Positions 26,861 through 44,865 of a stretch of DNA of 64,000 nt are shown here, one piece after another. Each line of letters starts with the position of its first letter. Position 1 is the first letter of the stretch. Source of the stretch: the human T2T-CHM13v2.0 reference genome, Homo sapiens. The notes below the pieces were generated by a model. It was given only the letters and a program-made list of their open reading frames with translations. It made no database searches and had not been told where the DNA came from. The stretch lies in NCBI RefSeq assembly GCF_009914755.1, contig NC_060939.1; one strand, 5' to 3'. The translations under genes and the position numbers were made by a program.

Positions 26861-26915
26861 TAGGACCTGTAGAGCACAAAGGAGCATACAGATATGTTGT
26901 CAAGCCACTTCTCCA

Positions 26916-26936
26916 GGAATTCCCCTGGGAAAGTTC
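26916..26936. promoter_or_regulatory. Tandem kB-like sites about 2.8 kb upstream of BCL2A1
   Basis: GGAATTCCCC (reverse complement GGGGAATTCC) followed by GGGAAAGTTC. Confidence 0.45.
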
Positions 26937-27224
26937 TCCCGTGCCTCCTAGACTGTGCCCGTTGGCCCACAGGAGCACAAAGCCAAGAGCAGGCTGCTGT
27001 ACCTCCTTAAATCATCTTTGAGCATCATAAGAACCAGGGAAAGGATGGGAAGATTGAGTTTTCTCTCTCTCATTACATTTCCTTGGTGCTGAATATTTCT
27101 TTAAAAATAAGAGAAGCAGCCGGACCCGCTGGCTCACGCCTTTGGGAGGTCAAGGCGGGTGGATCATTTGAGGTCAGGAGTTCAAGACCATCCTGGCCAA
27201 CATGGTGAAAGCCCGTCTTTACTA

Positions 27225-27561
<337 letters not shown>

Positions 27562-27601
27562 TTATAAAAAAAAAAAGTATAAGACCAGGCACGGTGGTTT
27601 A

Positions 27602-27892
<291 letters not shown>

Positions 27893-29519
27893 CTAGGCAT
27901 TTCATTTATTCAACAAAGATCAACTACCTGCCTTCACTGGGTCCTGGCTTGGGCAATGGGTGGAAATAGAAAAAAGATAGACCCCTGTTTTTGTTTTTTT
28001 GAGACGGAGTTTTGCTCTTGTCGCCCAGGCTGGAGTGCGATGGCGTAATCTAGGTTCGCGGCAATCTCTGCTTCCCGGGTTCAAGTGATTCTCCCGCCTC
28101 AGCCTCCCAAGTAGCTGGGATTACAGGCGCCTGGGAACACTTCTGGCTAATTTTTGTATTTTTAGTAGAGATGGGGTTTTACCATGTTGGCCAGACTGGT
28201 GTCAAACTGCTGACCTCAAGTGATCCGCCTGCCTCAGCCTCCCAAAGTGCTGGGATTATAGGCATGAGTCACCACACCCAGCCTAGGGCTTTATATTTCT
28301 AATCTTCTGTATGCCAAAAGGAGTTGCTTTAAAAATTCTTACATATTGTGGGCTAGGCGCAGTGGCTTACACCTGGTAATCCCAGCACTTTGGGAGGCCA
28401 AGGCAGGCGAATCACCTTAGGTGAGGAGTTTGAGACCAGCCTGACCAGTATGGTGAAACCCTGTCTCTACTAAAACTATAAAAATTAGCCAGACATGGTG
28501 GCCGGTGACTGTAATCCCAGCTACTCAGGAGACTGAGGAAGAAGAATCACTTGAACCCAGGAGGCGGAGGTTGCAGTGAACCAAGATCATACCACTGCAT
28601 TACAGCCTGTGCAACAAGAGCGAAACTCCCTCTCAAAAAAATAAATAAATAAAAATAAGAAATAAAAATTCTTACATATCATGGCCTGCTTTAGTTTCTT
28701 TTGGGGAGTTTCCAAATTATCACTTTTCAAGGATAGGTGGGAGAGAGAAAGACAAAGTTCTTTCCAAAAAAGGGAAAATTCTTTCTTTCTTTTATATGAA
28801 ATGTGAAAGGACTGGTGCGGGGCGGAGTGGAGGGAAGTGTGGGTCAGAGGCAAGTAGCTGACCATGGACCAAGTGTGAAGAGATGGGGGATATCTTCTCT
28901 CAGTGCCACTACAATCTGAGTCTGCATTCGCCAGGGTCTACTGTACAGGCCTGTAAAGACCAGCTCATGGTTCCCCATCCTCTGAGCTGCTCTGTCAACG
29001 CGTGGAACTTTGTATGAAATTAGGGGTCCAGCCCAAGTACATTCTGAATGAGTCAAACAGAAGGCATATTGTCTGGAAACCGTATGTGTATCCAGTTATC
29101 CCATAAACATATACTAAACTGCTACTGTGTAACAGGGACCGTATTAGGCGCTGAAGTTAAAAATTCTTGCCTTCAAAGGATTTTCAGTCTAGGAGAACCT
29201 ATACCATATTATAGGCAGTCAAAGGAACTGCATAAGAGAATAATTAAAGTAGGTCACTGCAGTGGCCCCGAATGCAGAGACCCTCCCTGGAACCCTTGCT
29301 CAGGCCCTGGAGCCAGGTTTGCAGCCTCACAGCTGGGAGTTCTGGAAAATGCACATGTGTAACACTGATCTATCATAGGTGGAAACGGCAGCCAGTTGGG
29401 GAGAGGGTGATGATGGAAGATAATTGGCGAAACCTGTTCACACTTAGCAAGTACCTAGCCGGGCGCGGTGGCTCACGCCTGTAATCCCAGCACTTTGGGA
29501 GGCTGAGGCGGGCAGATCA

Positions 29520-29735
<216 letters not shown>

Positions 29736-30055
29736 TCAAAAAACAAGCAAACAAAAAATAATAATAATTATAGTAATAAGTACCTATGGCCCAACCAAGG
29801 TTCTCTCTGTGATTGTTTTGTCCAGAAGTTCTTACTGAAGAAGCGTGAAGTCCTGGCTAGGACTGAGGAAACTACTTGTGTTTGTCATGAGAATAACAAT
29901 AAGAAGAATATGAGCCATCCTAGTAATTAACAATTTCTTCTATTTGTAAGGTGCTTTGGACTTCATTCTTGTGATTCTTATCATATACATATATGTGAAC
30001 TACCACCTCATGAATATTCATTGTGCTTACCTAAATTGCCATATTTATATACAAA

Positions 30056-30300
30056 TGTTCCAGTTATCCATTGCTTTGGTAACAAACTAAGTTCTCAGAA
30101 CTTAGTGGCTTAAAACAGTAATCATTTATTTTGCTCACGAACCTGAACTTTGGGCAGGACTCTTTAGGAATTATTGGTCTCTGCTCCAGAATGTCTAGGG
30201 TTTAGGTGAAGGGGGTATAGCTCAGGGGGCAGAGCATGTGACTGCAGAATGTCCGGGGTTTAGCAGGAATGATTCAAACAGCTGGGGTTCGGCTCTCCTC
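30056..30300 (-). mobile_element. MLT1-like MaLR LTR fragment (host of the tRNA half)
   Basis: TGTTCCAGTTATCCATTGCT...AACTTAGTGGCTTAAAACAGTAATCATTTATT, a typical MLT1 end. Confidence 0.65.
30211..30248 (+). pseudogene. 5'-half tRNA-Cys(GCA) tailless retrocopy
   Basis: GGGGGTATAGCTCAGGGGGCAGAGCATGTGACTGCAGA matches tRNA-Cys up to the anticodon loop and then stops. It is flanked by 19-bp direct repeats at 30187-30205 and 30245-30263. Confidence 0.85.
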
Positions 30301-30508
30301 TGACCAGGGAATAGAAGCGATGGGCTGACAGCCTAGCCAGGTAAGTCTTGATGGGGAATAAGAGGGAAGAACCCTGAAGCCACCCTGGCTGATGAGTGGC
30401 CAGAGGAATGCAAGCTACAAGACAAGGTTTGTAACCTCAAAAAGAACTACTGAGGTCAACTTCTCCTTTCTCCAAAGTTGGCTGGGCTTTTGGCTGCTTC
30501 AGAGGAGG

Positions 30509-30526
30509 TGACTCAGGGGAACTCCC
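30509..30526 (+). promoter_or_regulatory. Abutting AP-1 and kB motifs
   Basis: TGACTCA 30509-30515 immediately followed by GGGGAACTCCC 30516-30526. Confidence 0.45.
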
Positions 30527-32732
30527 ACCCCTGGTGTGTTCTTTAGTTTCTCGAAACTTATCATGGCTACTTCCCTATTCCAAAGCCCCGACCAGAGCAA
30601 ATTATCTGTAGGGGAGAACGATCTTCAATAGTGACACGAGAGTAACACAAAGGGGAGCAGGAAAATATGCACGAGAAGCCACCTGCATGCCCTCCGGTCG
30701 TCCCCCTTGGTCCCATGGGGCCAAGCCTTGGTGGTCAGAACACACAACGAAGGAAAGTCGCCCAGACCATCAAGAAAAGCCAGAGGCCCAGGGTGACAAG
30801 GCTTCATTCAGTGGGAGCTTGGTTTCTATCTGGGGAGATGAATTTCCAGGAAATCCTACAAGCATAGGATCCATGTCAGCAGGATTTCCCCCCAATTTTC
30901 CTGCTATCTGTGGGAACAAGGCTTAAGAGGGTACTGGAAAGAGTGACTAGTTGTGAACCAAGGGAGCTGAGAGGCAGGGAGGGAAGGAAAGAAGTTTCAC
31001 GAAGCCTGCCTAGTGGGGCAGAATGTTTTGACTGAGGTTGTGGAGAGCTCAAAGGAGACGGAGGAGGAAAGAGTGCGGGAAAGGAAGCAAGAGGGGAATT
31101 AGAGTTACGGATGGTCCATATAAGATGGAGTGCCTGAGTGCAACTGTCATCACGTCACTAATTTGTCCTTCCTCATCCCCTCCGGCATACCTGTGCATGC
31201 CGGTGTGTGATCAGCGCAGCCTTGCCTTACCCTCTGGGAATCTGACTTTACTATCCACTGGCCCTTCCAGTAATCAGCTCAGGATCCTCCAAAGGATTCC
31301 CGCTGCCCATGAAGGGGAGCTCAGATTCCTAAAAGGCTCTCCATGCTCTGACTCAGCCTCCCCCATCAACCCAATCTCACCCCACTCCAGTCCCCTGCCA
31401 GTGCCTGCCCTGACACTGACAGGCATTTCCTTCCCTGGCACCAGCTATGTGTTCTCACTGTTGTCTCTAACTGAAATGGCTCTTCTCTTCCATTCCCGTG
31501 TCTTTAAATCTTCTCCATCTCCGAGGTCCAGTCAAATAAAGCCTTCTCTGTTTACCCTGGCCAAGAAAAACCTCTTAGTCTGTGCCCCCAAGGAATTTGT
31601 GCCTGTGTAATAGCAGGTCTCATGGTGTATCTTATACTGCAGCCATTGTGCTGTTTTATACCCTTTGCTGGACTCCAGACTGGCAGCTCTCCTAGGAAGA
31701 GGGCTGTCTTACTTCTCTTTGATTCCCTCAGAAGGCATAGTGACTGGACTGCCATATGCTAAGCACATGATAAACGCTGACTGGATTCTATTATTATCAT
31801 TGCTGGTAATGTTGAGTATTCTACAAATGGCCTGTTTCGTAATCAGGGTGATACTGTAGCTGAAGCTAAATTAGTGTTTCAGTTCATTTTTACTCCACAA
31901 AGCAAAAGCAAAATTTACTTTTCTTTCCCTAAATGACATCTGGGGGGAAGTACAAGAGAAAAACCTATTTGAATAGGACTTTTAAGTGATTCGGGCAGAA
32001 GGCCTTGGACTTTCCACTGCTCTGAATGGAACAGCAAAATATTCAACATGAACCAAAGAAGCAGAAGTACTCAGTAACAGCAAGCACAGCTGGGCCCCTG
32101 GAGGGCAATTCTCTGGGAGAGTCAAGGCCTCAGAATGCACCAAAGAGCAAAGTACAGAGAATCCACAGCCACTCACTCAGCCCATTGCTCAGCCAACTTC
32201 ACTGAGCACCAACTGCATGCAAGACCCTGCACTGGGCTCCAGGAATACATACACGGGGAAGTTGTTTTGTTCACAGGGCAATAGGGGTGCCACACGTACT
32301 GCCAGAAAGTTCACCTGCAGAAGGTTAAGTGCCACAATACAAAATGACATGAAGTTCATCCTAGAGGAGTAAGAGAGGCCTTGCAAAGTAGGCTGACATA
32401 CAAGCTGGCTCTTATGGGACCAATAGAATGCCACTGTGCAGACAGCACAGAATTGGTAAATGTGCAGGTGTGTATCATGAATTATGCTTCTAATGAAGCT
32501 GAAATGTAGAATCTGGGGCTGTGGATAAGTTGTAAAAGGAGAGCAGAAATCCAGTTATAGCGGCCTTGTGTACTGGGTCAGAAGTTCAGAATTGACTTTG
32601 AAAAGTAACAGGGGCTGGGCACGGTGACTCAACACCTGTAATCCCAGCACTTTGGGAGGCCAAGGCGGGTGGATCATGAGGTCAGGAGATCGAGGCCATC
32701 CTGGCTAACACAGTGAAACCCCGTCTCTACTA

Positions 32733-33262
<530 letters not shown>

Positions 33263-33409
33263 TGAACCCCTGACCTCAAGTGATCTGCCCTCCTCTGCCT
33301 CCCAAAGTGCTAGGATTACAGGCGGGAGACAGCACGCCCAGCCTAGACAGTCCTATTTCTAATGGACTTGTTTCTGGGGAAACTGGAATCAGGAATAGCA
33401 GAGATTATT

Positions 33410-34720
<1,311 letters not shown>

Positions 34721-34754
34721 TTACACAACTACTCAATGTTGTAATTATGTCACA

Positions 34755-35135
34755 AGTATCAGTTGACTGTTGCTACAATAATGCTGCATAATAAACTTCC
34801 CCAAAACTCAGCGCCATACACCAATAATCATTCAGTATCATGCCCACCAGTTTGCAGGATTGGCTGGGGCAATTCTGTTTTGAGCTGCAGAGCTACGGGT
34901 TAGCTGGGCTGGCTCTGCTCCCTCTGGCTCTCGTCCTGTGGGACCAGTGGCCTCCATGGGATGTACTTTTCTAACCGAGGTGGCAGAGGCACAAGCAACC
35001 CCAACCACAGAAACTCATTTCAGGCCTCTGCTTGAGCTGCATCTGTTAACACACACCTTAACAAAGCAAATCACATGGCCAGTCCTCTAGTGAGAGGGCA
35101 GTGAATATTTGCTGAATAATCCAAACTATTACACG
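34755..35135 (-). mobile_element. MLT1-like MaLR LTR
   Basis: ATAATGCTGCATAATAAAC...CCCAAAACTCAG...AAAGCAAATCACATGGCC motifs. Confidence 0.65.
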
Positions 35136-35660
35136 AGCTATAAAGGAAGTCCCTCCCTTGGTAAAGAAAAATTGATCTTTACTGATCTGCTATTATAATG
35201 GACATCTATTGCACGCTTCCCTTCTTTTTAGAAACAGCACTTCCCTTTTTACTGAGAAATTTTCCACTCACCAACTCTAATCATAAGGTTTCAATTATAG
35301 GTATCAGATTTACCGCAAAACCCTTCAACTCCCAGGTTATAGTATCTAACCACACCAGAGGCCAATTAGAGCCCCCCCCCCACTCAAGCTTTTAATTTTA
35401 ATAACACAGCAATAATAATTCCATTTCCTCCAGCACGCACGTTCTGGATATGAGGCCCAACAGCTTTAGTGGTTGTGTTTCTGACTTTGGGAAGGAAGTT
35501 GGTAAACATAAATGAATTTCATGTGCTGAAAGAGAAGAGATGGCAGATGGGGAGGGTGTCCTAGAGGCCTTCAGGTTCTTTTTTTTGAATTGTTCCATCC
35601 TGTATTTAGGTAGAAAAACATCTCAGAGTCCTTCCAATAAATTCTTTTTGTCGTCTCTAA

Positions 35661-35888
<228 letters not shown>

Positions 35889-35929
35889 TAAAAATACAAA
35901 AATTAGCCAGGCGTAGTGGCACATGCCTA

Positions 35930-36083
<154 letters not shown>

Positions 36084-36519
36084 TCACAGTGGACGGGAGT
36101 GAACAGCTGCAATGGTGATTTAGATGTATAGTGAGCCTCAGGTGTTTCTCCCTGCACCACTTCCCCACTTTTGTGGTTGATAGAACTGCACTTTCCTGGA
36201 GGGACAATCCCAGCATTTTGGGAGGCCAAGAGATTGAGACCATCCTGGCGAATGTGGTGAAACCCCGTCTCTACCAAAAATACAAAAATTAGCTGGGCGT
36301 GGTGGCACATGCCTGTAGTCTCAGCTACTTGGAAGGCTGAGGCAGGAGAATAGCTTGAATCCAGGAGGCGGAGGTTGCAATGAGCTGAGAATCGTGCCAC
36401 TGCACTCCAGCTTGGAGACAGAGAGAAATTCCGTCTAAAAAAAAAAAAAAAAAAAACCTCTGGACTCTCTCTTTGACTCCTATCAATGTAGATGTGGCAG
36501 GTGTTAAGTGGTGTGGCTC

Positions 36520-36985
36520 GGAACATGCAGAATTCTAGTGTTTCTTCTTCTCTGCTGATCAGTATCTCCATCATGTCTTTCCTCCAAAACTCTAGACACA
36601 TATGTCCAACTACCCACCTTACCTCTCTCCTGAAATATCTAATAGTTATCTCAAGCTTAGCATGTCTAAACTCAACTTCTGATTTCCCACTTGCCTTCTA
36701 ACCTACACCTCCTATGGTGTTCCTCAACTTAGGAAAGGCATCACCATCCACTCCCCTCAAAACACTCAGAACACTTGTGTGTCTTCTCTATTTATCTCAT
36801 ACCCCATATCCAATCTATCAGCATGTCCTAACAACCCTACCTTCAGAATATGTCTCAATCTGACCACTCCTGCCACTTCCACTCCTACCAATCCTACTCC
36901 AAACCACCATCATCTCTTATCTGAAATATGCGATGGTCCCCCAACTGATGTCTCTGCCTCCATTCCTGCCCTACAATCTGGGCTT
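36520..36985 (+). mobile_element. L2, part 1 (upstream of the RRM2 retrocopy)
   Basis: Pyrimidine-rich L2 sense motifs, e.g. CCTTCAGAATATGTCTCAATCTGACCACT. Confidence 0.7.
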
Positions 36986-37544
36986 CCCAGGACCACCAGT
37001 TCCCTTCATTCCCTGTAAACATACACCCATCCCCCATCCGTCATGCCAACATTCCCTCTGCCCACAACCTGCTTGCCACTGTCACCCAACCACTTGCAGT
37101 AGCAGGCCAACTCTTTCCCTTGAAGAAGCTCAGCCTGGCAGATAAGGACTGAGAGCAAGAGGAAGATCTTCCAGGAGTTTTCAGAGTCCACTAAATCTAA
37201 AGAACCTGCCACCTGCATGAAACATGAACTGCATGGAAGACGAGCGAAAACTGCAGCTGTGCTCCATGTTTCCAATTGAATACCATGACATTTGGCAGGT
37301 GTACCAGAAAGCCAAGGTTTCCTATTAGACAATTGAGGAGGTAGATTTCTCCCAGGACATTGAGCACTGGAAGCCCTGAAGCTTGTGGAGAGAGATTTTA
37401 TATCACAGGCTCTGGCTTCATGGCAGTAAGTGATGGAGCTGGACTTGGTGAGCTGATTTAGTAAAACAGGACACGTTACAGAAGCACAGTGTTTCTAAGG
37501 TTTCCCAGGTAATGCGGACAACGTGTATGCTGAAATGTAGAATC

Positions 37545-37841
37545 CCTTTTTTTTTTCAGACAGAGCCTTGCTCTGTTGCCCAGGCTGGAGTGCAGTGACG
37601 TAATCATGGCTTACTGCACCCTCAAACTCCCAGGTTCAAGCGATCTTCCCGCCTAAGCCTCCCGAGCAGCTGGGACTACAGATGTGCACCACCATGCCTG
37701 GCTAATTTTTTTTATTTTTATTTTTAGAGATGGGGTTTCCTTATGTTCCCCAGGCTGGTCTTGAACTCCTGGCCTCAAGCAATTTGTTCACCTCCAACTC
37801 CCGAAGTGCTAGAATGACAGGCTTGAGCCATGCTTCTGGCC
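37545..37841 (-). mobile_element. AluJ-like element inside the RRM2 retrocopy
   Basis: Diverged antisense Alu with J-type text (TCATGGCTTACTGCACCCTCAAACTCC). Decayed TSD. Confidence 0.85.
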
Positions 37842-38077
37842 TGAAGGGTAGAGGTTCTTTGTTAATATTTACACAAAAGATTCCAAAAAGGAGGCCTCTC
37901 TCTTCAATGCCATCGAAATAATGCCCTGTGTAAAGAAGAAGGCAGAGAAGCTGCTCATGGAGAATGGCTCTTTCAGCAGTAGAGGAGACCTCTTTTGGTG
38001 GTTTTGCATAGACATTCTGTCTCAAGAAATGAGGATAAAGACCTGGGATCATAGTAGCCAACGAAATTACTAGCAGA

Positions 38078-38431
<354 letters not shown>

Positions 38432-38629
38432 TTATACAAACCTTCAGAGTGAAAACTAAATGAAATAATGATCAGTGCTATTAGGCATTGAACAAAAGCT
38501 CCTGAGGCCTGCTGTGAGGCTTATTAGAATGAACTGCACTTTAATGAGTCAGCATATGGAATTCGTAGCAAATAGACATGATGGAACTGGGTTTTAGCAA
38601 AGATTTGGAGTAGAAAAGCCATTTGACGT

Positions 38630-39362
38630 GTTTTGTGATAAAATATACAAAGCACATAATTTACTACTTAAGCCATTTTTAAGTGTACAGGTCAATGGCA
38701 TTAAGTACATTAATGTTGTTTTGCAACAATAACCACCATTTATCTCTAGAACATTTTCTTCATCCCAAACAGAAATTCTGTACTTTTTTTTTGTTGAGAT
38801 GGAGTCTCACTCTGTTGCACAAGCTGGAGTGTGGTGGCACGATCTCGGCTCACCACGACCTCTGCCTCCCAGGTTCAAGCGATTCTCCTGCCTCAGCCTC
38901 CTGAGTAGCTGGGATTACAAGCATGCGCCACCATGCCCAGCTAATTTTGTATTTTTAGTAGACAGGGGGTTTCTCCATGTTGGTCAGGCTGGTCTCGAAC
39001 TCCCCACCTCAGGTGATCCACCTGCCTCGGCCTCCCAAAGTGCTGGGATTACAGGTGTGAGCCACCGTGCCCGGCCAGAAATTCTGTACTCTTTAAACAA
39101 TAATTCCCCATTCTCACCCCCAGCCCCTGGTAACCACTATGTAAACAAGAAGGCAGAGAAGCTGCTCATGGAGAACGGCTCTTTCAGCAGTGGAGGAGAC
39201 TTCTCCTCATAAAGACTTTACGTCTTTAATAATTTGACTATCCTTGATACCTCATGTAAGTGGAATAATACAATATTTGTCATTTTTATGTCTGGCTTAT
39301 TTCACTTAGCATAATGTGTTCAAGTTTCATTCAGGTTGTAACATGTGTCAGAACTGTATTCC
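38630..39362 (-). mobile_element. L1MB-like 3' fragment truncating the RRM2 retrocopy; Alu at 38783-39076
   Basis: AGCCATTTTTAAGTGTACAG...CAGCCCCTGGTAACCACT...TATTTCACTTAGCATAATG motifs. Confidence 0.75.
39140..39203 (+). repeat. 64-bp dispersed duplicate of 37929-37992
   Basis: 60/64 identical by manual comparison. Sits inside an L1 fragment. Confidence 0.9.
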
Positions 39363-39363
39363 T

Positions 39364-40302
<939 letters not shown>

Positions 40303-40474
40303 TTAATTCTAGCAAATTGGAAGATGTCAGTTTTGTAACTTCAAAGGTAACTTTAAAGTCTACTTGTTAAATAGACCTTAATAAGTCTATTTAATAGTCC
40401 ATAAGTTTGTAGCACATTTTATATGTGTGTTAGTGTATATACATACATATATATACACACACACACACACCTTG

Positions 40475-40915
40475 ATAGCCTTTATTGTTCAAAATCCTCT
40501 ACGGTTTCCTTTAGCACTGGAACAAGAATCCACGCTCTAATATGCCTGGAAGAGCCCATGCTATCTGGCCCTGACTCCTTCTACTTTATTCTTCCCTCCC
40601 TTCCCGTTGCTCACCTGACTCCAACCACGCCATTCGTCTTGCAGTTCCCAGCACACCCCATGCACACCCTGCCCCTCAGCACCTTTGTACTCACAGCCCT
40701 CTGCTGCCTGGAGTGATCTCCTTCTGATATCCGCATGAGTTTTCCCTTCACCTTATCTTCTTCATAGTGCTTATTGCCACCTGACAATAGATGATTTATT
40801 TGTTTGCATCAGCTTCTGTCTCTCCCACTAGAACATAAGCTCCCTGAGGAAAGAGGCCTTTCTTTGTTCACCACAGTAAACTCAGTGCCTCGAATATAGT
40901 ATTTGTTGAATGAAA
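40475..40915 (+). mobile_element. L2, part 2 with 3' end
   Basis: Continues the L2 motif order and ends TATTTGTTGAATGAA. Confidence 0.7.
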
Positions 40916-41064
40916 AACAGATGGGTGGAAAAAGACTGAGACATGGAGAGTGATAGGACCCTAATGCTATTGTTTGAGACCCTTAATCCAGCCATATCTG
41001 CACCAGACACACTGCCAAATGTTTCAGTTATCTCAACCAATAAAGTCTTTTTTGCTTAATTCAG

Positions 41065-41470
41065 AGTGTAGCCAGCTATTGCTGTGATAATGCTTTGTAA
41101 CAAACAATTCCCAAATCTCAGTAGCCTACAGATACAAACATGGTTTTTTTTTGTTTTTGTTTTTGTTTTAACTTGCAAGGTCTGTGAACTGGTTGGCGTG
41201 ACATTGTTTTAGGCTATGGGTCAAGTTCTAGTCTGCAACGTATGTCTGTCATACTGGGTCCAGCAGCTACACTGGGCATGCTTTTCTCGCAGCAGATAGC
41301 AGCAAAGAACCCAAACAGAACTACCTGAGCACACACAGACCTCTGCTCATGTTACCTCTGCTCACACTCCCAATGCCAGTGGGGCCAGGAAATAGCTACT
41401 CTAGTGGGAAGTACTATAAAGTTATATGGGGAAAAAAAGGCATGGATTTATAATTTCAGTGCAGGGAAGA
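41065..41470 (-). mobile_element. MLT1-like MaLR LTR
   Basis: GCTATTGCTGTGATAATGCTTTGTAACAAAC...CCCAAATCTCAGT motifs. Confidence 0.6.
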
Positions 41471-44162
41471 AGTGAAGAATCAGCAACAATAATTCAATTG
41501 ATCACATTCAGTAAGCACCTGTTGCTTAAAAGTGAAAAAGTCCTGACTGATGCAAATCTACTGCATTAGGGCTAAAGCTGCAGTGGAGAAGTCGGACTAA
41601 GAGACATGGGCGATAGAGGTCACAGGTAGAGAGAAGGTGGGTAGAGAAGGTCATGTGAGTGAGAAAAGGCTACAAGGGACCTGATCAGGAGAAGACAGAC
41701 ATAAGGGCAGCAGTCCTGAGCACATATTCATGTGGCAGTGGAGGTGCAGACTCTGCATTCAGCACTCTGGAGCCAGCTGGCAGAGAGTGGAAAGAGCCAG
41801 AGAGAACTGGACTCTGACCCAGCTTGGTCACTGTAACTCTGTGGTACTGGAGAAGTTTCCTAACCTCTCTGAGCCTCAGTGGCTTCATCTGTAAACTGGG
41901 ATGAATAGTAGCAATAGTAGGTTTTGAAAGTCATTTTTCTTAAAAAATGCCATTAAAGGACCTAGTACAGGACTTTGGCCCACAGTAAGCCCTCATAGCG
42001 CTCCTATACTCCCCAGTTCTTGCCTAAGGGCAGAATGGAAAGTAGCAGCCTCCCCCTTGCTGACTGTACTGATGTTCCAAGACCCTTTGAAAGTTATGTG
42101 TCTGGGACTTAGTGCTAAAGAACTGGCCACCCCTGCCACTCAGATGCTGCTCGGCCAGGCAGTGAAGGAAAGATTCACTCCCCATCAAGCATGTAGCCCT
42201 TCATGCCCAAAGGCTTCTGGAATACTCTGACCCTCCCTCCCCCAGCTCTGCATCACCTTCAGCTACATCAGGGAAGATATTCCTGCTTGGTAGGGAACCT
42301 TGAGTCCAAAGTCACAATGGCATCCCAATGCCTGGATCTTACCAAAGAGACCGGATTTCCACCCTTCACAAAACCACTGTCTTTGTGGTTTTTCCTCTTT
42401 GGGGTAAAACTGCAAGAGATGCTTGGGGTCTCAAAGCTACTGGATCCCAGAAGCAGGCAGCCCAGCTCTGGAGCACTCCACCTTTCATCAGGGACACAGC
42501 CAAACCAAGAGAAGGACCCTGGGCTGGAAAACACATTCTGAGACCTTGGTGCTAGTCCTGGATCAGCCACTGGCTTAAATCCCTTTGCTTCCTGAATTTC
42601 CTATTGGGTTTACAAAGATAACATGTACCATTCATAGATGTCGTGAGGATAAAACGTTCTAATCAAAACGAAGGTGTTTTGCAAACTCCTAAGCTCTGTG
42701 TCCATGTGAGCTCCTCATGATGCTCCGTGACTTTTGAACAGGAAACTGTCTCAAGTGTTCTTGCAACACTCTCTCTCCTTCATAATAGATTTTGCTGCAA
42801 CCTTCAGTGGCTTCTCATTGCCTGAAGCTGGACGAGTCAGCCACTGGGAGGTCTAGGCTTGGTCTCTAGCCCAGGCTCAGCCTCAGCCTTCCAGTGTGCA
42901 TCTTCCTCTCTGGGTTTCAGTTTTCCTACCTGTAACCTAAGTTGGACTAGAACATTTCCAAGTTCCTCCCAGCCCTGTAAATTCTATCTTTGATACTTAT
43001 CTTAGATCTTTACAAGGGCTTAGCAGTCTCCTAAAATAAGGGAAGAGAGTTGCTTCTACTCTAGCAAAAAAAAAGTTGGGGACAGATGAAGGAAGAATGG
43101 GTGAAATGTTGGAAATTTGTGAAGCTGAGTGAGAAGCAGGTGGGGGTTCATTATGCTACTTTCACCATTTTGTGTAACTTAAAAATTTTCCCTGATAAAA
43201 AAAGTTTTTATAAAATAGAAGTTCCATTGAATTTGAGTGTCTTTACAGCCTTTGTTTTCTGGTACCCTTGGGAGGCATCCATCCCGTTTAATAAAAGGTA
43301 CCTTCCACAGGAAACTCCCTTCCTTTGTCATCTTTGGTATCCCCATCTCCATCTTCCACAACAGACAGTTTGAACAGCCGCACCACTCCAGCATCAGGAC
43401 AGTTTGGGGGGGTTTCCAGAATCTTCTATTCCCACTTCCCATTTCTCAAATCATTTGACCTGTCGTACGTACAAAGTAAAAAGTCCTAGACAAGAGACAG
43501 GAGAGGATTTAAATTCTTGGCCAAGCTGGGGACATTAAGGAGGCCTCCAGGGCAAAGCCTCTATGCCTACAGCTGAGTCTTCATTGTGGATCTTAGTCCA
43601 GGTACAGAGGAATTAATGGTCAGAGGTGGTTTCTCCCTGGTTCATTACATGCCTTGTGTTTGGTAGCATTTTGAACGCATGGGGGAAGCGGTAGGGCTCA
43701 GTGCAGTGGTTTGGAGACCCCATGGCCTGTGCACAAAGCATCTCCTCATGTCTCAATTGCCCCTCACTGGTGAACTGTTCATAGTGCAGGGCCCCTGCTC
43801 AGGAGGTCTTCTCTTAACCTGAGGCAAGGTGGGTGACTCCCGTTGTCCCACCTAGATGGGCTGGCCATCCTAAGGAAAGGTAGCGATCATTCCAGGCCTA
43901 GGTACACCCTCTCAGTGGAGATGCCGGAACTACTTCCCACAATGACACAGGCGCTGTCAGGACGACAGACTCAGACTAAGTCCAAACCAAGGGAGGGCAA
44001 TCCCAGCCCACCTGTCCTTTCTGTCTTGGTTCCCTCTCTGCCAGCCAAGCCCAAGTGGCCAGTCCCAGCTGCTGGCTCCTGCCCATAACAGGGCATCATG
44101 TGTCTGCCCTGAGGGGCTGCACTTTTCTCCACAGCCAGGCAAGTCTGCCCTGGAAAGTTGCC

Positions 44163-44865
<703 letters not shown>

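Noticed and set aside
30211-30285. Functional tRNA-Cys gene
   Set aside because: The 3' half, including the B-box/T-arm and the acceptor-stem partner, is absent.
31038-31610. 190-aa ORF
   Set aside because: TTG start, low-complexity Ser/Pro/Leu composition, no recognisable domain, and it partly overlaps L2-like decayed sequence.
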